A stretch of 64,000 nt of DNA from Turneriella sp. (lineage in GTDB: Bacteria; Spirochaetota; Leptospiria; Turneriellales; Turneriellaceae). Location of the stretch: NCBI GenBank assembly GCA_965279515.1, contig CBDIID010000003.1:2592001-2656000 (forward strand), given 5' to 3'. Both the position numbers and the translations under genes were made by a program. Position 1 is the stretch's first letter; each line of letters begins with the position of its first letter. Below are positions 1 through 10,379 of this stretch, in pieces. Under the pieces are notes generated by a model that saw only the letters and a list, made by a program, of their open reading frames with translations, had not been told where the DNA came from and did not search any database.

Positions 1-1
1 G

Positions 2-325
2 CCTGAAATTGTTGCGGCCTACGATGCGCCCTTCCCGGACAAAAGCTACAAAGCTGGCGCCGATGCATTTCCCCGATTAGTGCCTATAACTCCTGGCCAT
101 CCCTCTTTACCTTACATGCAAAGGGCACGTGTCAGGCTTGAGGCGTCTCCTATAAAGAAGCTCGTCTTATTTTCAAACCGCGATCCGATCACCTGGTCGC
201 AGCGGTCATACTTCGCAGGGATGCAGAACGTCGTTGCGGATATCACCATAGAGAATGCGGGGCATTTTTTGCAAGAGGACAAGGGCGAGGAAATCGCCCG
301 GCATATTGTTTCATATTTTGCGTAA
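2..325 (+). CDS. Haloalkane dehalogenase-like alpha/beta hydrolase, 5'-truncated by window edge
   Basis: Frame open from base 2: PEIVAAYDAPFPDKSYKAGA..FPRLVP and AGHFLQED catalytic His motif. Confidence 0.85.
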   Translation, partial: PEIVAAYDAPFPDKSYKAGADAFPRLVPITPGHPSLPYMQRARVRLEASPIKKLVLFSNRDPITWSQRSYFAGMQNVVADITIENAGHFLQEDKGEEIARHIVSYFA

Positions 326-354
326 GAAACGGGTGGCAAAATCGACACACCCGT

Positions 355-840
355 GTGCTACGGATACTTTTCTGGTGTTTTGCCGTTATTTCGGCTGCAG
401 AGGCTTCAGACATGCCGCCCCTGCAGGCAGACGGCGCGCACTGGCTGTCGGGTAAATTCCCCTCCTCATCAAGGCAGCCCCGGTTGCTTTTTGTCTTCAC
501 CCGCGACTGCGGTAACTGCCATCGCTCGCATGCTTTTCTGAACCGCATGCATGAAAAGTACGGTAACCGCATCCAAATCGTGGGCATCCATTCACCCGAA
601 TTCGCGTGGGAAAAAGACATAGCAAAACTGCGGCGCTATGCGTCGGAGCAGAAAATCCAATACCCGGTGTATCTGGATTCAGATATGAAAATATGGAATG
701 CTCTGGATAACCGCTACTGGCCAGCGTTTCATATATTCGATGCCAGTGGTCGCAAGACGCATATCTTTGCCGGGGAAACCCATAACGACGACAATCAGGC
801 GCGACAAATTGAGGCCGCCCTAAGGAGCATAATTCCATGA
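355..840 (+). CDS. Exported thioredoxin-like redoxin (DipZ/TlpA-like)
   Basis: Signal peptide, CGNC motif, GIHSPEF and NRYWPA motifs. Confidence 0.8.
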   Translation: MLRILFWCFAVISAAEASDMPPLQADGAHWLSGKFPSSSRQPRLLFVFTRDCGNCHRSHAFLNRMHEKYGNRIQIVGIHSPEFAWEKDIAKLRRYASEQKIQYPVYLDSDMKIWNALDNRYWPAFHIFDASGRKTHIFAGETHNDDNQARQIEAALRSIIP

Positions 841-1655
841 AACGCAAATTTTTGGCGGCTATAATTTTATGCCTGGCATTCGCCACGGTGCCCACCAGCG
901 CCGCGTGGGTGCGGCAACAAGGCGAGGGGTACGTTGCCCTTGGTGGCAGTTATACCTCGGCGAATATAGCGTACGACGCTACGGGTACAAAACAGGCCAT
1001 ACCGCGCTTTACCGAAATTGCCACTCACCTCTATGGCGAATACGGTATCACCGGAAAATACACCATAGGCTATGGAATTCCATTGCTCTTTAATTCTTCG
1101 GCTGAAGACGCTTCGCTCATGCAGACCGAACGCAAGACGACCGGTATCGGCGATTCCGTGCTCGCGCAGCGTTACCAATTCTATTCGGGCGCAGTGTTGC
1201 TTTCGGCAGGCCTCGATGTCGGATTACCCACCGGGAACAAAAATGCCAACGTACCCACCGGCGACGGCGAATTCAATTTCATTCCGAAACTTTTCGCCGC
1301 CGGCGGCTTTTCGGCAGGTATCCCCTGGTTCTATTCGGTATCGGCGGGTTTTAACAAGCGCACATTGAATTTTTCCGATGAGGTTCATGCGAGCACAATG
1401 CTTGGTGCGACGCTCGGCAATTTCGTGCCGATGCTCTCGCTCGAATGGCGGCATTCGCTGCGTAACGGCGATACCGGCGCCCTGGTGAACTCGCCGCTCT
1501 ATCTCAATAATCCGCGTTTTATCTCATGGTCGGTGGGTGCTCTTTATAAGATCACCGAGAAATTGAACGTGAATGCCTTCATCAAAGGTGCTCTCTTTGC
1601 GCAGAATATTCTCGGCGCGGCGTCGATCAGTGCGGGCGTGGGTTATGTGTTTTAG
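837..1655 (+). CDS. Outer-membrane beta-barrel protein
   Basis: Signal peptide, amphipathic beta strands, LPTG motif, C-terminal GYVF; ATGA overlap with upstream gene. Confidence 0.65.
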   Translation: MKRKFLAAIILCLAFATVPTSAAWVRQQGEGYVALGGSYTSANIAYDATGTKQAIPRFTEIATHLYGEYGITGKYTIGYGIPLLFNSSAEDASLMQTERKTTGIGDSVLAQRYQFYSGAVLLSAGLDVGLPTGNKNANVPTGDGEFNFIPKLFAAGGFSAGIPWFYSVSAGFNKRTLNFSDEVHASTMLGATLGNFVPMLSLEWRHSLRNGDTGALVNSPLYLNNPRFISWSVGALYKITEKLNVNAFIKGALFAQNILGAASISAGVGYVF

Positions 1656-1679
1656 CAGATGAAAATCCCTGAAGGGTTT

Positions 1680-2036
1680 TTACATCCGTAATTCTTCTTT
1701 GCTGGTGCCCGAGAGCTGGGCCATTCTCAGAATACCGTCACCCATACATGCGCGAAGCTCTTTCGCCCATTGAATCGCGTCTTCGCGGGAATTCACCTGG
1801 ATGACGGTAAAACCGGGGATCAGTTCCTTACCTTCGATAAACGGCCCGTCTGAAACGGAAAACTCACCCTTCTCGAGCCTGATTTGTGTCGTTTTTTTCG
1901 GGAGCTGCCCTGTCGCCACGATCAATCCCTTATCAAACGACTCTTCCATAAGCTTACCCATTTTGGCCATACCCGCAGGCGTCGGCATAGCCATTGGTTC
2001 GCCTTCGGCACGTGTGAAATAAACGAAAAACTGCAT
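1680..2036 (-). CDS. YciI/DGPF family protein
   Basis: DGPFIEGKELIPGF motif; AAAGGAG RBS before ATG 2036. Confidence 0.85.
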   Translation of the reverse strand: MQFFVYFTRAEGEPMAMPTPAGMAKMGKLMEESFDKGLIVATGQLPKKTTQIRLEKGEFSVSDGPFIEGKELIPGFTVIQVNSREDAIQWAKELRACMGDGILRMAQLSGTSKEELRM

Positions 2037-2107
2037 ATAATCTCCTTTAAAAAAGTTTATGTATAGTCGAATGGGATTGCCCCCGGGGGACAAGCTGGCA
2101 AAAAAAA

Positions 2108-3316
2108 TTAGGAAATTGCCGCGAGGCATGATTCGAGATAGCGGCGCTCGGGTTCGTGCCGAACCAGGGCGAGAGCGCTGCGGTAGGCGAGAATTGCCTC
2201 AGCAGTGCGGCCCAGCTTTTTGTAAAACTCGGCCTTTGCCGCAAACAGAAAATGATAGCTTTTCAGACTCTCCGCTGCCGCCAGCTTTTCAATTTGCAGA
2301 AGACCGGCCTCGGGCCCTTCGTGCATGCCGACCGCGATTGCCTTATGGAGTTCAATGACCGGCGATGGCTGAATAGAAAGCAACATATCATAATAATCAA
2401 CGATCAAATTCCATTCGGTGCTCTCTACCGAGTCCGCAGCGGCGTGTACCGAGGCGATCGCGGCCTGAATACCATAGCTTCCCAGCCGCCCGGAGAGCAC
2501 GGCGCGGTGCAGCAATTGCAACCCCTCATCGATGAGATCGCGCTTCCAGAGAGAGCGATCCTGCTTTTCTAGCGGAATAATTTCACCCGTGCGGGAAATC
2601 CGCGCATCGTTGCGCGATTCTTGAATGAGAAGCAGAGCCATGAGGCCGAGGCTTTGCGGCGTCGGCAGCAAACCGACCAGGTGACGGCCGAGGAAAATCG
2701 CCTCCGCCGTTAGTTCAGGCCGCAATGGAGCATACCCTTCGGTGAAGATCAGGTAAATCACCTGAAGCACAGATGCGAGACGCTCGGCTAAATCGCTGGC
2801 GGCCGGAATTTCGTACGGAATATCCAGCTCTTTGATCTGCGCCTTGGCGCGCGATATTCTTTTCTTTATCGTCTCGCCCGGTACTAAATACAGGCGCGCA
2901 ATGTCTTCGGTGCTAAGTCCGCAGACGTCCCTGAGCGCGAGGGCGATGCGGGAATCCACGGGTACTTGCGGGTGGCAGCAATAAAAGATTAAGCGCAAGC
3001 GATCGTCTTCGACAAGGTATGTTTCGCGCGGCTCATACACCTTCTGAGCCTGCGTCTGTTGTGTCAGGATTTCCCGCTCCTTTGCCGAGCGGCGGGCAGC
3101 ATCGATCGCTTTGAATTTGCCTGCGGAGATTAACCACGCGAAAGGGTTCTGCGGCAACCCTTCGGTCGGCCATTGGCGCAGGGCGGCTGAAAAAGCCTCT
3201 TGCAGTGCCTCTTCAGCCTGATCTAAATCTCCGAGGATACGCATCAGTGTCGCCAGAACACGGTGCGAATCCGCCTTATAGATGCGTTCGATTTCAGAAG
3301 CAACCGAAATTTTCAT
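2108..3316 (-). CDS. ECF sigma factor, ECF42 type with C-terminal extension
   Basis: AEEALQEAF..W, DDRLRLIFYCCHP, VIYLIFTEGY, QDRSLW motifs; next to DGPF gene. Confidence 0.9.
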   Translation of the reverse strand: MKISVASEIERIYKADSHRVLATLMRILGDLDQAEEALQEAFSAALRQWPTEGLPQNPFAWLISAGKFKAIDAARRSAKEREILTQQTQAQKVYEPRETYLVEDDRLRLIFYCCHPQVPVDSRIALALRDVCGLSTEDIARLYLVPGETIKKRISRAKAQIKELDIPYEIPAASDLAERLASVLQVIYLIFTEGYAPLRPELTAEAIFLGRHLVGLLPTPQSLGLMALLLIQESRNDARISRTGEIIPLEKQDRSLWKRDLIDEGLQLLHRAVLSGRLGSYGIQAAIASVHAAADSVESTEWNLIVDYYDMLLSIQPSPVIELHKAIAVGMHEGPEAGLLQIEKLAAAESLKSYHFLFAAKAEFYKKLGRTAEAILAYRSALALVRHEPERRYLESCLAAIS

Positions 3317-3393
3317 GGCTATCTGCCTGTTCAGGTTTTAATTTGACATAGTGTAAAGGACACTCTGCGGAACATTTCCACAGAATCTTCTTA

Positions 3394-3771
3394 TTACACC
3401 GGAAATGCGGCCATGAATTCGCGCGGATCGTAAAAAATCGTATGCTTTTTGAGCTTGCCGTTTTCTACCAGGCACCATTCTGCAATATCCATAACTATCT
3501 TTTGGCCCTGCGGAGATTTAACAGTCAGCTTCGTAATCGTGCAGACCTCATTGTCTTTTTCAAACTGGCGAACAATCTCGAGCGACTCATGAAAGGAGAG
3601 AAATTGTTTTAATAGATTTACGTAATTTTCTGCCCCCTGAAGTTTTATCGCCGGGCCGTGAAACTCGAAGTCCTCTGTTAAGATTTCCCTGAATGTCTCG
3701 GCGGACGTTTTACCGCAGGCAACTTCGTTGTTCAATTCGTAAAACCGATTCGCAATTTGTGCTGCTTTCAT
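3394..3771 (-). CDS. SnoaL/NTF2-like protein
   Basis: 125 aa, DFEFHGP..G and FYDPR motifs; GAAGGAG RBS; divergent from HxlR regulator. Confidence 0.7.
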   Translation of the reverse strand: MKAAQIANRFYELNNEVACGKTSAETFREILTEDFEFHGPAIKLQGAENYVNLLKQFLSFHESLEIVRQFEKDNEVCTITKLTVKSPQGQKIVMDIAEWCLVENGKLKKHTIFYDPREFMAAFPV

Positions 3772-3807
3772 ATATTCTTGTTCTCCTTCCAATAAATTAA
3801 TCTGTTT

Positions 3808-3864
3808 ACTTGCATAAAACAAGTGAACGAAGAGCAGCACTTCTTTTCGCTTGCAAATTGCAAG
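3808..3864. promoter_or_regulatory. Two putative HxlR-type operator inverted repeats
   Basis: ACTTGCATAAAACAAGT (3808-3824) and CTTGCAAATTGCAAG (3850-3864) between the divergent genes. Confidence 0.55.
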
Positions 3865-3885
3865 TAAAAAACAGTACTGGCATGA

Positions 3886-4284
3886 ATGCGCTCCCAATGC
3901 CCGATTAACTATTGGCTCGAATTGCTCGGCGACAAATGGAGTCTTTTGATCTTACGCGATCTGATCTTCAAGAACCGGCATACATTTAAGGAGTTTATGG
4001 CATGCGAAGAGGCCATTGCCAGCAACATATTGACCGACCGATTGAAGCGCCTGGAAGATATGGAAATCATTGCCCGACGCCAGGGCAATAGCCACAAAGA
4101 CGTACGTTACGACATCGCACCCAAAGGTATCGACCTCATACCAACCCTCATCGAAATTATCATCTGGAGCCATAAGCACGATGCCCATACGGCGGCGCCT
4201 GACGAGTTTGTGTTTGCTGCCCAGGCGAACCGAAAGAAATTCATTCAAAGCATAATCAAGGATATTGAGGAGAGCGCACCATGA
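3886..4284 (+). CDS. HxlR family winged-helix regulator
   Basis: RSQCPINYWLELLGDKWSLLILRDL, IASNILTDRL. Confidence 0.9.
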   Translation: MRSQCPINYWLELLGDKWSLLILRDLIFKNRHTFKEFMACEEAIASNILTDRLKRLEDMEIIARRQGNSHKDVRYDIAPKGIDLIPTLIEIIIWSHKHDAHTAAPDEFVFAAQANRKKFIQSIIKDIEESAP

Positions 4285-4910
4285 ACCTGAAAAAACTAAA
4301 AGAGATAGAGAAGAAGTTTCTGAAAAAATACCCTAAGGGTTTTGCCGACCCGGCGTTTGCCGATATTGAAAAGAAACACAAGATGGGTAAGATGACGGCA
4401 ATGGCCGCAGAGATATTTGCCAAACCGCGCTTCAAAAATCCCGCGGTGGTTGTCGAAGATCTCGCGAAACTCATCACACGTGCCTCGATGGTTTCGCTGT
4501 TTGAAAAACCCAAATTCCGCGACTTTGCGCGGGCCCTACCCGCAGGCGATATGAAGAGACTCGCAACGGGACTTGAAAAATTTCTTCATACCAAAGATCA
4601 ACAGGCCGGCTTCGAGTTGATGCTCGATGTGCTGAAAAAAGGCAAACTCGCCAAATGGTCGCTCATCAGCGCAGCGGGGGCGTATTTCGACCCGACGCAT
4701 GAGGTGTTTGTTAAGCCGACCACAGCGAAAGGGGTCGTAGAATTTTTGGAACTCGAGGGCCTGACATATAGATCCGAACCCAGTTGGGAATTTTACGCGG
4801 CCTACCGCAAGGAAATCAATGCGATGAAAAAGAAGGTCGCAAAAAGCCTGAGTCCCTCAAACGCCGCATTCTCCGGATTTTTGATGATGGGTCTGGGATT
4901 TTGGGGATAA
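4281..4910 (+). CDS. Conserved hypothetical protein
   Basis: 209 aa ORF coupled by ATGA overlap; VFVKPTT and NAAFSGFLM motifs look conserved. Confidence 0.7.
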   Translation: MNLKKLKEIEKKFLKKYPKGFADPAFADIEKKHKMGKMTAMAAEIFAKPRFKNPAVVVEDLAKLITRASMVSLFEKPKFRDFARALPAGDMKRLATGLEKFLHTKDQQAGFELMLDVLKKGKLAKWSLISAAGAYFDPTHEVFVKPTTAKGVVEFLELEGLTYRSEPSWEFYAAYRKEINAMKKKVAKSLSPSNAAFSGFLMMGLGFWG

Positions 4911-4982
4911 CGCGGGCATGGAAAGCGGCTAATGGAGGAAGATTAACCGTCGCGGCATGCGCGTGACTTTTTTGCAAGAAAA

Positions 4983-5018
4983 TGGCCCAAATTGCCACTA
5001 TTTTGGCCGAAATCACCA
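4983..5018. promoter_or_regulatory. Tandem TGGC-N7-RCCA sites, putative AraC/GlxA binding site
   Basis: TGGCCCAAATTGCCA (4983) and TGGCCGAAATCACCA (5004), 21 bp apart. Confidence 0.45.
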
Positions 5019-5094
5019 AGGTCGACACTCCGCTGTTCGCCTATATTCGGGTTCGATAAAGGGGCAACTGCCAACCTATATCGAGGAGTAAAAA

Positions 5095-5463
5095 ATGAAA
5101 AATGCGATAGTGATAATTTCAGATCCGGTCAGCGGAACCGGCGAGGCCGCCGCGCGGATGTTTAACGGTTTGGCGATGGCGTTTGATTGCAAAGAAGCCG
5201 GGGATGACGTAAACATTCTTTTCCACGGCCCCGGGACCCATTGGCCGAGACATCTGGAAGCCCAGGAGCATCCGGCCCACCAGCTCTATGAATCGGTCAA
5301 AGACCGGATTACGGGCGTGTCAGAGACTTGCGCCGCGCACTTCGGGGCAAATGTTTCGGGTTTCAAAAAAATCAGTGAAAACTTACCCCCCAACCCGCAT
5401 GGCTTAGGTTTACCAAGCCTAAGGAAGTTGCAACAGCAGGGATACCAGGTCACGGTTTTTTGA
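5095..5463 (+). CDS. DsrE-like protein
   Basis: GAGGAG RBS; RMFNGL..A, DVNILFHGPGT, CAAHFG motifs. Confidence 0.7.
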   Translation: MKNAIVIISDPVSGTGEAAARMFNGLAMAFDCKEAGDDVNILFHGPGTHWPRHLEAQEHPAHQLYESVKDRITGVSETCAAHFGANVSGFKKISENLPPNPHGLGLPSLRKLQQQGYQVTVF

Positions 5464-5538
5464 ATTTGCGATGGGGGTACAGCAACAGGAAATAGGGATG
5501 TATCCCCGTCGCCGTCTACAGAAACGTTGCATGAGATT

Positions 5539-6528
5539 ATGATCAGAATAAATATTTATGCTTATCCGGGTTGTGTACCTTCTGCCGTCTATGGTCTCGC
5601 AGATGTTTTCGATATCGCAAACTGGGCATCCCACGAGAAAAATCCCAGATCGGGGAAATCCGGGATATTCGATACCAAAATCGTGACCAGCCATTCAGAC
5701 GAAGTGACCGCCTTTAACGGTACGCGAATCCGGGCACAGGCTAAATTGAGTGATCGCAATGCAAAATCGGACATTCTCATCGTACCACCTTGGCTCGGGG
5801 TACCCGAAACGATTTTGTCGAACGAAGCAAATTTTATTGCGCGCTTAAAGCAGGGCGAGTGTAACACGCGTCACGTGACATCGGTCTGCACTGGTTCGTT
5901 TCTGCTCGCAGCTTCGGGCATACTCACGGGCAAACAAGCCACGACGCATTGGTATTGGTCCCAGCGTTTTCGGAAAATGTATCCTGGCGTCATATTTAGA
6001 CCTGAAAAAATGGTCATCGATGAAGGACAAATTATTACGGCGGCAGGAATGACAGCCTACCTGAACCTGGCGCTGTATCTGATTAGTCGTTTCGAATCGA
6101 AGGAACTCGCGTCTATCTGCGCAAAACTGTTGCTGGTCGACACGGGGGTCGATCTGCAGACGCCTTATGAACGCCTGGAACTCTCGAAAGCACATGGCGA
6201 CGCCGAAATATTGAGGGCACAATGCTGGTTTGAAGAACACATGCGCGACGACATTTCGATTGAAGATCTATGCACGGTCGCCGGACTCAATGCCCGTACT
6301 TTTTCAAGGCGTTTTCAGGTAGCGCTGGGGCAATCGCCATCCGAGTATGTTCAAAAACAGCGCGTTGAATCGGCAAAACGATTACTGGAAACGACTAGAA
6401 ATTCCTTCGCCGAAATAACTATGGCTGTAGGTTATGAAGATACGAGCTCATTCCATCGCTGCTTTAAAAAGATTACCGGAATTTCGCCGGGCGAATACCG
6501 CAGCCGGTTCAAAATCGGTGATAATTAG
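5539..6528 (+). CDS. GlxA family regulator (DJ-1/PfpI + AraC HTH)
   Basis: SVCTGSFLLA, ATTHW, C-terminal VGYED.SSF.R.FKK.TG.SP.EYR. Confidence 0.92.
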   Translation: MIRINIYAYPGCVPSAVYGLADVFDIANWASHEKNPRSGKSGIFDTKIVTSHSDEVTAFNGTRIRAQAKLSDRNAKSDILIVPPWLGVPETILSNEANFIARLKQGECNTRHVTSVCTGSFLLAASGILTGKQATTHWYWSQRFRKMYPGVIFRPEKMVIDEGQIITAAGMTAYLNLALYLISRFESKELASICAKLLLVDTGVDLQTPYERLELSKAHGDAEILRAQCWFEEHMRDDISIEDLCTVAGLNARTFSRRFQVALGQSPSEYVQKQRVESAKRLLETTRNSFAEITMAVGYEDTSSFHRCFKKITGISPGEYRSRFKIGDN

Positions 6529-6584
6529 GGCATCGCCATACCCTTCTTCGAAACCACGCCGCTCGCATATTAAAACCGCCAAGG

Positions 6585-7217
6585 TTATTCTGTGAATGGG
6601 GCATTCGCAATCATCTCGTGCACATGAGGGCAACGGATCTCTGGTGCATGCGTATGAGCAATATCCGCTAAAAAACTTCCGGGGATTGTCTTTGGACTGC
6701 GCCGCACCGCCTCGACTAATAATCCCGTCATCTGGCGCTTAAAATCAAGCCGCGGAATTTCTTCGACAATTTTTTTGAATTCGCTACGGTCCAACAAACG
6801 CAACTGAATTCCGCCGGCGAAATCGAGAGCAATCCCTAATGCCGCAAGCCTCACCTCGCTGCGATTTCGCAGCGCGATCGCTACCGAAGTGTGAAGCGCA
6901 ATGGCATCCCAAACGATACTGCGTCGATCTCCCGAAACACCACGCGCTAATAGAAACTCATCGGCGCGATCAGCGCCGCTGATCTCGAAACGATCAGACA
7001 GCTTTTCCGTTGAGGCCAGGGCGATATCGTGCAGCACGCTGGAGACAAAAAGAAGCTCGCTGTCAAATTTTTCTCCCCGCGATTGGCCTATTGCCTGGGC
7101 AAAAAGAAAACTCCTCACACAATGGTTCAATAGAAATTGGGGCTGCGCTTGCGTTGCCAGTTCAAGCGCGTCCAGAGCAAGGGGCGAGTCGGGGATAGTA
7201 AAACCGGCGATCTTCAT
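6585..7217 (-). CDS. HD-domain protein (cyanamide hydratase-like)
   Basis: NHCVRSF, LHDIAL, RFEISGA, VWDAIALHT. Confidence 0.85.
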   Translation of the reverse strand: MKIAGFTIPDSPLALDALELATQAQPQFLLNHCVRSFLFAQAIGQSRGEKFDSELLFVSSVLHDIALASTEKLSDRFEISGADRADEFLLARGVSGDRRSIVWDAIALHTSVAIALRNRSEVRLAALGIALDFAGGIQLRLLDRSEFKKIVEEIPRLDFKRQMTGLLVEAVRRSPKTIPGSFLADIAHTHAPEIRCPHVHEMIANAPFTE

Positions 7218-7816
7218 TTTTTTTCTCCGCCCCGACCAGAAAACACGAACGGCTGTAACCGCACCATGGGGACGGGATTCCAGGGTTTGAACAAAGCCTC
7301 CTTAAGAATGCGCAACCAGAGTCGGCGCTGAAAGCCCTGTGAAGGAAAAGCGCTCCTAACCTCATGGATTTCCGGCAGGGTGAGGCCGAATTGCCGCCAC
7401 CCCGGAAAGTCGATCAAATCTGCACGGCGAAAAGCCTCGACAAATCTGCGATGCGGTCCGCTATAGGTACGCAGACAATGGTGATTCCGCACCAACAGCT
7501 CTGCAAACATTGCCTGCTCCTCAAGCTTTTCAGCCTTGAGCCAGCGATGCATATATGCAACGCTGCGATCCAGATAATCCCAGGTGCCATCGCTGAATAC
7601 GGCGATGTCATGAAAGGCCGCAGCAATACTGAGCGCGCGGCTTTCACTCTTGGCGATTGGATGGCCGCTCACCTGCCGGTGCGTAAAATTAAGGATGCGA
7701 TAGACATGGCCGCGGTATGCAAGCGAGAACTTGTCGCTCGATAAGTTCATTGACCCCAAAGCCCTCTCCACGTCGTCATCTCTGATCAGTACCCCATTCT
7801 TGTATTCTGAATCCAT
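7214..7816 (-). CDS. HD-domain protein
   Basis: YRGHVYR, AFHDIA, NHH, FRRADLID; GGAGGA RBS before ATG 7816. Confidence 0.8.
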   Translation of the reverse strand: MDSEYKNGVLIRDDDVERALGSMNLSSDKFSLAYRGHVYRILNFTHRQVSGHPIAKSESRALSIAAAFHDIAVFSDGTWDYLDRSVAYMHRWLKAEKLEEQAMFAELLVRNHHCLRTYSGPHRRFVEAFRRADLIDFPGWRQFGLTLPEIHEVRSAFPSQGFQRRLWLRILKEALFKPWNPVPMVRLQPFVFSGRGGEKK

Positions 7817-7831
7817 ATCTTCCTCCACTTT

Positions 7832-7851
7832 AAAAACGAACGTTCGTTTTT
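7832..7851. promoter_or_regulatory. Putative TetR operator
   Basis: Perfect 20 bp palindrome AAAAACGAACGTTCGTTTTT. Confidence 0.7.
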
Positions 7852-7865
7852 TTTCCTTCCAAACA

Positions 7866-8432
7866 TTATTTAGTGCGAAAAACTTCTGACAATCTTTGGA
7901 TTGCCTGCTCGCTGTGTGCAATAGATCTCTTATCTTTCAAGAGTCGCCGCGACTGCTGTAGCGAGAGCAAGATTCCGAGAAGGGAGAATGTCAGGGTATC
8001 AACCTGGTGAAAGCCATTTTCTCTGGCAACGCCCGCAACGAACTCCCGCATCCGGCTATGGACCCGAACGACCGCATTTCGTACAATGCCTGGCCTGCCG
8101 CTAAATTCAAAACCAGCCCCCAAAAAAAGGCATCCTGAATCAGGTCGGCTGATCCATTTCAGTAATTCTTCACATAATACCTGCCAGCGCTGAGCGGCAT
8201 CGTCGCACTTCAGTACGGGCAAAACAACAGCGCGCCGAAATTGGCTTTCCCCCCGCGCCAATACTGCAAGCTGCAATTTTTCACGCGAACCAAAATGGGC
8301 AAAGAGTCCGCTTTTGGACATTTTCAACGCGGTTGCCAGAGTCCCGATGGTCAGGGAATCCAGACCAGCCTCGTCTGCCAGCTTGCTCGCACATTCGACG
8401 ATTTGCTGCCTTGTCAATGCCGCTTTGCCCAC
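7866..8432 (-). CDS. TetR family regulator
   Basis: GLDSLTIGTLATALKMSKSGLFAHFGSRE HTH. Confidence 0.92.
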   Translation of the reverse strand: MGKAALTRQQIVECASKLADEAGLDSLTIGTLATALKMSKSGLFAHFGSREKLQLAVLARGESQFRRAVVLPVLKCDDAAQRWQVLCEELLKWISRPDSGCLFLGAGFEFSGRPGIVRNAVVRVHSRMREFVAGVARENGFHQVDTLTFSLLGILLSLQQSRRLLKDKRSIAHSEQAIQRLSEVFRTK

Positions 8433-8438
8433 CCGGTC

Positions 8439-8466
8439 AATTTAGTACGAACGTTCGTTTTTTCAA
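8439..8466 (-). promoter_or_regulatory. Putative sigma70 promoter with operator in spacer
   Basis: TTGAAA-N16-TAAATT, 6 nt before GTG; ACGAACGTTCGT at 8447-8458. Confidence 0.6.
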
Positions 8467-8667
8467 GCAAAAATTGAGACGATGATTTTCGGCATGGGTA
8501 ATTCCACCGGTCGCGTTTGTACCGGAATTCGCGCTTTTTTTTTACAAATCTGAGAAAATATCCGAGGTTACCGGTATTTAATTATTAAGGGGTTCAGCCT
8601 GCCCGGCAGCCGGCCGATATAAGGAAAGACCCCACATGAACAAAAATAGAACTTAGGAGACATAATA

Positions 8668-9813
8668 ATGATTGACACAACAGGGAAAAACGACGGTTCC
8701 TCGGTGATGACCACCGAAAAACCCACAACAGCGGCGCAGAAAGCAGAAGCTGCGGAAAAAACAAAAGCGCTCGATTCAGTCCTTTTACAACTCGAAAAAC
8801 AATACGGCAAAGGCGCCGTGATGAAGCTCAACGGCGAAGCGATGAAAGAGATTCCCGTCATCTCGACCGGATCGCTGACGCTCGACCTCGCGCTCGGCAT
8901 CGGCGGCGTACCGCGCGGCCGCATTATCGAAATCTACGGCCCTGAATCTTCGGGTAAAACCACGCTCACGCTCCACATCATCGCCGAAGCGCAGAAGCTG
9001 GGCGGCATGGCGGCATTCATCGACGCCGAGCATGCACTCGACCCTTCGTATGCGCGCAAGCTCGGCGTGAACATCGACGAACTGCTCGTTTCGCAACCCG
9101 ATAACGGCGAACAGGCTCTCGAGATCGCCGAAGCACTCGTGCGCTCGAACGCACTCGATGTCGTCGTCATTGACTCGGTCGCGGCGCTCGTGCCCAAATC
9201 AGAAATCGAAGGCGATATGGGCCAGGCGACGATGGGAGTTCAGGCACGGCTCATGAGCCAGGCGCTCAGAAAACTGACCGGCACGATCCACAAGACCAAC
9301 ACTATTCTCATCTTCATCAACCAAATCCGCATGAAAATCGGCGTTATGTTCGGTTCGCCCGAAACAACAACGGGCGGTAACGCGCTCAAATTCTATGCAA
9401 GCGTGCGCATGGATATCCGCCGTGTGGAATCGATCACCAAGGGTGAAGAAACAATCGGTAACCACGTGCGTGTCAAAGTTGTGAAAAACAAAATGGCGCC
9501 GCCATTCAAGAAGGCCGAGTTTGATATCTTCTTCAATCAAGGCATTTCACGCGAATCGTGTATCATTGAAGAGGCCGTGAATATCGGCGTGCTCAACAAG
9601 TCTGGAACATGGTTCTCCTACAATGACAACCGTTTAGGTCAGGGCAAAGAAAATGTGCGTCAGTACCTGGTAGAAAACCCAAAACTTACCGACGAGCTTG
9701 AAGCAAAAGTACGTGCGGCACATGCTGACGGCACGGCGAAAAAACTTTTAGCTGAAAAAGAAAAATTACCTAAGAGTGCGAAAGGCGCCGCGGCAGTCGA
9801 AGACGTCGCCTAA
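8668..9813 (+). CDS. recA: Recombinase RecA
   Basis: [37 protein letters not shown]. Confidence 0.99.
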   Translation: MIDTTGKNDGSSVMTTEKPTTAAQKAEAAEKTKALDSVLLQLEKQYGKGAVMKLNGEAMKEIPVISTGSLTLDLALGIGGVPRGRIIEIYGPESSGKTTLTLHIIAEAQKLGGMAAFIDAEHALDPSYARKLGVNIDELLVSQPDNGEQALEIAEALVRSNALDVVVIDSVAALVPKSEIEGDMGQATMGVQARLMSQALRKLTGTIHKTNTILIFINQIRMKIGVMFGSPETTTGGNALKFYASVRMDIRRVESITKGEETIGNHVRVKVVKNKMAPPFKKAEFDIFFNQGISRESCIIEEAVNIGVLNKSGTWFSYNDNRLGQGKENVRQYLVENPKLTDELEAKVRAAHADGTAKKLLAEKEKLPKSAKGAAAVEDVA

Positions 9814-10364
9814 CGCGAGGTAGCCGAATCGTAGCGCTTCTCTAAAGGGAGGCGCCGCGGCAACGGCTCACGCGTCAAAATCGGGTCCGTATCTTTCTTG
9901 CCCGGCCATGTTGCGAGAACTGGCCGCGGTGGGAAGTTCCCCACGGGATTGACAAGAACTCTTTCTTTCACAATCTTTTTACCCTCAATACCAACGGCCA
10001 TCACGCCATTGTTGCGCAAGAAGTGGTTCATCGCCTCAAACTTCTGCGCCGCTTCAGGAAAAGTCTTAAAAGCGAAGTGAATGGGATAATTCTGCCCTTT
10101 GTAATTATAGGGATATTCTTCCATCATCAAGAGCGTCACCCGGTATTCGTTGCTATGGAATTCCATAACAAGATGGGAAACTTTCCGCTCCCAGACAATT
10201 TTCTCGAACAGGGTATCGTAGACCGGGTATTTGTAGCGGGCCTCAAATTCGTTACGGTAGTACTGCAGCTCTTCCTGACGGGACGGTTTTTCAGCCGCGG
10301 GCAATGCTGTAGTTAATGACCAAAGAATAGTTAATAAAATGGAAATCCTGCCCTGCACGCCCAC
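9810..10364 (-). CDS. Exported hypothetical protein
   Basis: 184 aa ORF with signal-peptide-like N-terminus, last gene of the minus-strand run. Confidence 0.65.
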   Translation of the reverse strand: MGVQGRISILLTILWSLTTALPAAEKPSRQEELQYYRNEFEARYKYPVYDTLFEKIVWERKVSHLVMEFHSNEYRVTLLMMEEYPYNYKGQNYPIHFAFKTFPEAAQKFEAMNHFLRNNGVMAVGIEGKKIVKERVLVNPVGNFPPRPVLATWPGKKDTDPILTREPLPRRLPLEKRYDSATSR

Positions 10365-10379
10365 CCCTTATCTTCGAGC

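Noticed and set aside
215..224. GCAGGGATGC as another family G hairpin
   Set aside because: Only a 3 bp stem and no evident protein insertion; expected by chance.
8480..8667. LexA/SOS box upstream of recA
   Set aside because: No convincing palindrome recognised.
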